Source: an uncultured virus (IMG/VR IMGVR_UViG_3300033149_004321)
Taxonomy: Duplodnaviria > Heunggongvirae > Uroviricota > Caudoviricetes
Strand: one strand, 5' to 3'
Virus record (IMG/VR): IMGVR_UViG_3300033149_004321
DNA: 20,000 nt
How positions within the stretch are numbered: position 1 is the stretch's first letter; each line of letters starts with the position of its first letter. A program made the translations under genes and the position numbers. Shown here in pieces: positions 16,046-20,000 of the stretch. A model generated the notes under the pieces. The model saw only the letters and a program-made list of their open reading frames with translations, ran no database searches and was not told the DNA's origin.

Positions 16046-17232
16046 AATAATATCTTTCCTTAGCGTAAAAACAATATTAAAATAAAAAAGAAGTGTTAAT
16101 ATATTATTAAAATATTAGCAAAAGCAAAAACTACTCTCTATACCATAAAAACAGAAAAACCACTCCTATTTTCACTTAATTTTTCCAAAAAATCAAATAT
16201 AATCCCTCGCGCGTGCGCGCGTTTACATGATCATGATTTATATATATAGATAAATAAAATACTAGGTCATTGTTTAAAAAATTTTTACTGTTAAAATATT
16301 AATAAAATATCAGTAAAAAAAATTATAATTAAAACATTAGTGTTAGAAAACAGAGGAATATTTAGTTTAATGTGTGTGTGGTATATTACCTGTTTCCATA
16401 TCTAACGTGAAAACGTGTTTAAAAAAATAATCTCTTTTTATGTTTTGTTGATTCGTGAACGGGTGGCATTTCATAAACACACTCTTCAATCGTTTTTCTC
16501 GATTTTTTATATAAACACACATCATTTAAAAATAACATGAGTTGTAATATACTGTTAGAATCGTTTAAAACACGTCTGGGAACGTCTGTATTGAAAGATA
16601 ATAAAAAAGGTATGGTATTATATGCCTAAAAAATAAAAACACCTTACAAGTGGTATTTTAAAACAATAACAAAAAAGATTGCTTGTAAGCTACTTTCTCA
16701 TTTTAGTTATATATTATCATTACTTTTTAATAAAAGTTTGTTAGAAGACGTCTATGAAGCATATAGAGGTGTTTTTATGTTATGTTTCAGACTGGATATT
16801 TACCTAATCGGTAAGGGTACAGTGGACAATCAACATCAGAACACGTAACAACTTGGTTTCTACCCTCGTATTTAAAAATAGAAATTGTTACCCGTAAAAT
16901 AAAATTTTAGAATATATATATAATATATATATATTCTACTACATGTCATTTACTATAGTGTTCATGACGATATATCAGGTTACAATGAACAATCTTATCA
17001 CATTTATTACAAAGCATAACAATATATTTCATAATATTTCCCTTTCAATAAAAACAATAACTTATCAACTATCCATCTTTATAACTACTAATAATAATAA
17101 ATACTTATTACAAGTTTACATAATACTTATTATGCGACATATATAAATGAATAAAAACAACAGGTTAGCTTTTACGATAATAACATAACACAATATATTG
17201 TATGGTATGACATAATTACACACAAGATTTAA
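16046..17232. other. About 1.2 kb AT-rich, apparently non-coding region; candidate packaging site, genome end or origin
   Basis: No credible ORF; convergent genes on both sides; contains CGCGCGTGCGCGCG, TA runs and clustered AAACAC motifs; adjacent to the putative terS. Confidence 0.5.
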
Positions 17233-17781
17233 TTACTTTTTCTTCACTTCTGTATATTCAGCTTCTTCTATATTCCCATCTCTAATTTCCTTCATTGACT
17301 TTCCTGATATTTTCTGTAAACCTCCTATTTTCAAGTTAATAGATACAGGGGCTTGCTTAACTGCTTTAACACTTTTAGGTCTCTGTCCAAACTCCTCTGG
17401 TAGATTTCTTTCCAAAATCCAAGAATATGCCATCCAAAATTTCTTTCCGTGTATCCTCAATGCTTTCAATATGTTAAGCACTCCTTCAGCTCTTGCTTTG
17501 TTCAGTTCCCGGGCTAGATTATCGTTGTTTTCCATCGCCTCTCTCACCTCATCCTCATATAATCCTACTGCCTCACAAGAATACTTAAAATTTCCCGTTT
17601 CCTTTAAATTTCTTTTAATTTTCTCTTTTACTTTGTACCATATTCCTTTTCTTCCTATTACCCCCGGCTGCCTCTTTTTCACTGGCATATTACTCCTGTA
17701 CTTTCTCTTTTCTATTATCAAAGAAGCAAACATCCGCCTGATTTGTTTTTTCAACTGTGTTCTATTATATTCCTTCTCCAT
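17233..17781 (-). CDS. Putative terminase small subunit
   Basis: HTH-like LKETGNFKYSCEAVGL, helical KARAEG, and WMAYSWILERNLPEEFG resembling the WxAxAWxLERxxPEExG terS-like motif; upstream of terL on the same strand. Confidence 0.65.
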   Translation of the reverse strand: MEKEYNRTQLKKQIRRMFASLIIEKRKYRSNMPVKKRQPGVIGRKGIWYKVKEKIKRNLKETGNFKYSCEAVGLYEDEVREAMENNDNLARELNKARAEGVLNILKALRIHGKKFWMAYSWILERNLPEEFGQRPKSVKAVKQAPVSINLKIGGLQKISGKSMKEIRDGNIEEAEYTEVKKK

Positions 17782-17795
17782 TGTTTCTTTCTCTT

Positions 17796-18139
17796 TAAAA
17801 CTGAAAGTAAAAAATTCTTTTCCGACTTTTAAAATCTCACTATTTCAATCTTGATTTTTTTTTGAAAATTTAACTTAATGTTTACTCGTCTACACCAAAA
17901 AACTTATCTTGGCATTTCTGACACATTCCAGAAATATTATATTCTTTCCAGCTCAATCCATCTCTAAAATCTTCTATTCTACACTTATCCGAATTACAAA
18001 AAACACATACTTTTTCTTTTTGACTTTTTGAAAGACCTCTGCCAAATGACTTTTTGGCAAAACTATCAACAGCATTTTGCAATTCTTTAGTTCTTTTCAT
18101 TTTCATTTCCTCCTAAAACTGAAAGTAAAAAATTCTTTT
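17796..18139. repeat. 26-bp exact direct repeat TAAAACTGAAAGTAAAAAATTCTTTT at 17796-17821 and 18114-18139
   Basis: Read directly; looser similarity continues about 45 bp to the right of each copy. Confidence 0.9.
17882..18106 (-). CDS. Small Zn-binding phage protein
   Basis: CVFC...FRDGLSWKEYNISGMCQKCQD; AGGAGG SD. Confidence 0.85.
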   Translation of the reverse strand: MKMKRTKELQNAVDSFAKKSFGRGLSKSQKEKVCVFCNSDKCRIEDFRDGLSWKEYNISGMCQKCQDKFFGVDE

Positions 18140-18253
18140 TGACTGTTTTAAAACGTGTTATTTTAGATTGTGTTTTTTTACTGTAGTTCTTTTATCCATT
18201 CTAATCTTCTTTTTATCAGGTGTCGTTACATTTCCTAATGTGGAGTCAAAATG

Positions 18254-18753
18254 TTAAAAACGATATGTAAAATTAACTAATGTCTTATTTTTGCCGAATG
18301 ACAAATCAACATTGTATTTCTTCTTAAGATTTTCATTTATTTTTTTAGCTGAACTATAAGCGTCTGTTGAACTATAAACTATGTCAGTCAGAAGAACAAT
18401 TGCTCCAATTGTGGCTATTGTGTTATTACAATTGCTCCAATTGTGGCTATTGTGTTATTAGGTTCTGTTCTTATTCTTTTGAGATAGGGCGGCCATCCAT
18501 CGTCGTAGCTATATATTACTTTGTCTTCTGGTTCTTCATAAGTAGCCATCATACCTGCTGATATTATGCCTGTAAGTAAAAATAATGTACCTTTCCCGAC
18601 TTCACCGTTATAAAACTGACCGCTTCCTACAATTAATAAAGACAATAGAGCTGCTACTCCTTGATTCTTTTTCTCCATTTGATATTTCATAAGGTTTTTC
18701 ATTTCATTGTCTATTTCCTGTGAAATAGACAAATTTGGTGTTAATATTAACAA
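18254..18753 (-). pseudogene. TM2-like membrane protein gene frameshifted by a 32-bp tandem duplication
   Basis: KKNQGVAALLSLLIVGSGQFYNGEVGKG is TM2-like. Removing one repeat copy extends the frame through IVLLTDIVYSSTDAYSSAKKINENLKKKY...FTYRF to TAA at 18254-18256. Confidence 0.8.
18396..18459. repeat. Perfect 32-bp tandem duplication ACAATTGCTCCAATTGTGGCTATTGTGTTATT x2
   Basis: Copies at 18396-18427 and 18428-18459. Confidence 0.95.
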
Positions 18754-18756
18754 AAA

Positions 18757-19098
18757 CTAAATTGATTCCTGTTCTTTTTGGTTCTCATATATCTCGATTA
18801 ACTTTTTCAAAGAAACCCTTTCTCCATTTGGCATATCAATTAATGTTTTTGGCTCTGATGGAAAACATATCAGTTTCCATTTACTTATTTTATTTCCATG
18901 TTTTTCGTTTATAAACTCAAGCAGGCATTCTGAAGAACAGAAAAAACAAGAAATATATATTTTATCGTCGTGTCTAAACTGCCAGACAGGTTTATCTGTT
19001 ATGTAACTTGCTTTTTCTTCAAGCAACACATTATTACATTGATTGCAACGAATCAATGAATACATTGTTTTTTTCACTTTAAATGTATTGGTTTTCAT
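18757..19098 (-). CDS. Zn-finger protein (CxxC...FCSxxC, TRASH/MYM-like)
   Basis: CNQC...FFCSSECL; likely start ATG 19098 after GAGGGG. Confidence 0.75.
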   Translation of the reverse strand: MKTNTFKVKKTMYSLIRCNQCNNVLLEEKASYITDKPVWQFRHDDKIYISCFFCSSECLLEFINEKHGNKISKWKLICFPSEPKTLIDMPNGERVSLKKLIEIYENQKEQESI

Positions 19099-19140
19099 AA
19101 TTAAATACCCCCTCAATTAAACTTTTTTATTTCCCTTTAA

Positions 19141-19296
19141 TCATTTTAATTTATTATTTCTGATTAATTCTTTTATCAATTTTAATAAATCATTTCTTTC
19201 TAATGTGAGCCAAAAATCATCGTGGTTTATTAATTCAGTAAAATGCAAATAATAATATCCAGGTTCTTCTTTATCTTTTTCAATATGAAATTCCAT
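19141..19296 (-). CDS. Hypothetical protein, 51 aa (absent from the ORF track)
   Basis: MEFHIEKDKEEPGYYYLHFTELINHDDFWLTLERNDLLKLIKELIRNNKLK; fills the gap in the operon. Confidence 0.65.
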   Translation of the reverse strand: MEFHIEKDKEEPGYYYLHFTELINHDDFWLTLERNDLLKLIKELIRNNKLK

Positions 19297-19299
19297 TTT

Positions 19300-19407
19300 T
19301 TAAAACCCTTCAAATTCAGGAAGATTATTATATTCTTCATCAGTTAAATGAACAACACAGATTTCATAGACTTCATTTTTTCTACTTCTTTTCAGAAGAG
19401 AAATCAC
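19300..19407 (-). CDS. Possible 35-aa ORF or frameshifted tail of the upstream gene
   Basis: GTG 19407: MISLLKRSRKNEVYEICVVHLTDEEYNNLPEFEGF; the C-terminus resembles a common phage TxEEYxxLPEFxG ending. Confidence 0.4.
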   Translation of the reverse strand: MISLLKRSRKNEVYEICVVHLTDEEYNNLPEFEGF

Positions 19408-19669
19408 TCTCTATATCCGCCTCGAGTATAATATCTCTCAATTCTTTATAGGCTTTTATCAATTTAGAAAGCACTACAGCATATTCAGCCATTCTTTCCT
19501 TTAGACTTCTAACATAATTTCGCATTGAAACTAAATCTTTTGTTTCACTTTCAAATTTTCCTTCTTGCTCACCATATTCCTCTCCTACCCAAAACTGTTC
19601 GGGTCCTCCCCATTTAAATTCAAAATCTGGCAACCTTGCCACTTTTTCCGCTAATATTCTTAATTTCAT
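19382..19669 (-). CDS. Hypothetical protein
   Basis: Likely start ATG 19669 after AGGAG; coiled-coil C-terminal half. Confidence 0.7.
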   Translation of the reverse strand: MKLRILAEKVARLPDFEFKWGGPEQFWVGEEYGEQEGKFESETKDLVSMRNYVRSLKERMAEYAVVLSKLIKAYKELRDIILEADIESDFSSEKK

Positions 19670-19698
19670 GGTATTTCTCCTTTTGTTAATTATTCTTT

Positions 19699-19971
19699 TC
19701 ATTTATTCTGATATACAAAAAATAAACCATTTTTGTCTATCAAATCATTTTTATTTTTCTTTCTACAATAATTATCCAAAAGTATTCCTGCTATTTGACT
19801 CAAAAAATGAGTTTGATTATGTGTTATCAAGTTTATGTCAGAATCTTTTATAATTTCTTTAAAAGTTTCAATCAGACAACTTTCATCTAATTCAATTTTT
19901 TCAGAATGTTTTATCCATAATCTCACTTTTTCTAAAACTATTTTTTCAAACGTATCCCAGCCTTTTATCAT
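19699..19971 (-). CDS. Hypothetical protein
   Basis: ORF on the same strand as its neighbours; no motif recognised. Confidence 0.6.
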   Translation of the reverse strand: MIKGWDTFEKIVLEKVRLWIKHSEKIELDESCLIETFKEIIKDSDINLITHNQTHFLSQIAGILLDNYCRKKNKNDLIDKNGLFFVYQNK

Positions 19972-20000
19972 ATAAATAAATTCACGTTGTTCTATATTAT

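Noticed and set aside
16943..17146. 67-aa plus-strand ORF in the non-coding tract
   Set aside because: Low-complexity Ile/Asn/Thr composition expected by chance in AT-rich DNA; no SD.
17471..19853. Plus-strand ORFs 17471, 18367 and 19668
   Set aside because: Antisense to better-supported minus-strand genes.
1..20000. Stop-codon reassignment, CRISPR array, diversity-generating retroelement, tRNA
   Set aside because: Long genes are intact in the standard code and end in TAA, TGA or TAG; the repeats found have only two copies; no reverse transcriptase, adenine-specific repeat pair or cloverleaf was seen.

Overview
AT-rich tailed-phage (or prophage) DNA carrying a minus-strand packaging and head module: putative terS (17233-17781), a ~4 kb interruption (1.2 kb non-coding stretch plus mostly plus-strand accessory ORFs), terL with a class-3-type LAGLIDADG intein that starts with Leu, HK97-type portal, a stand-alone JAB/MPN-motif protein, two small ORFs, a MuF/SPP1-gp7 head protein with a mini-intein, a multidomain XkdF-type prohead protease whose last conserved motif sits on the next (scaffold-like) gene, an HK97-fold major capsid protein and a probable decoration protein. 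Three virion-module proteins then follow that each carry a classical Sec signal peptide with Gln at +1. The right end holds small early-type ORFs, including a TM2-like gene frameshifted by a 32-bp tandem duplication. Most notable: (1) apparently secreted structural proteins next to the capsid gene; (2) an opposite-strand accessory ORF carrying a 12-aa near-copy of a terminase segment with mostly synonymous divergence; (3) a recurrent hydrophobic-x-Lys motif at domain boundaries of head proteins; (4) the Leu1 class-3 intein. All family assignments come from motif recognition by eye; no database searches were run.
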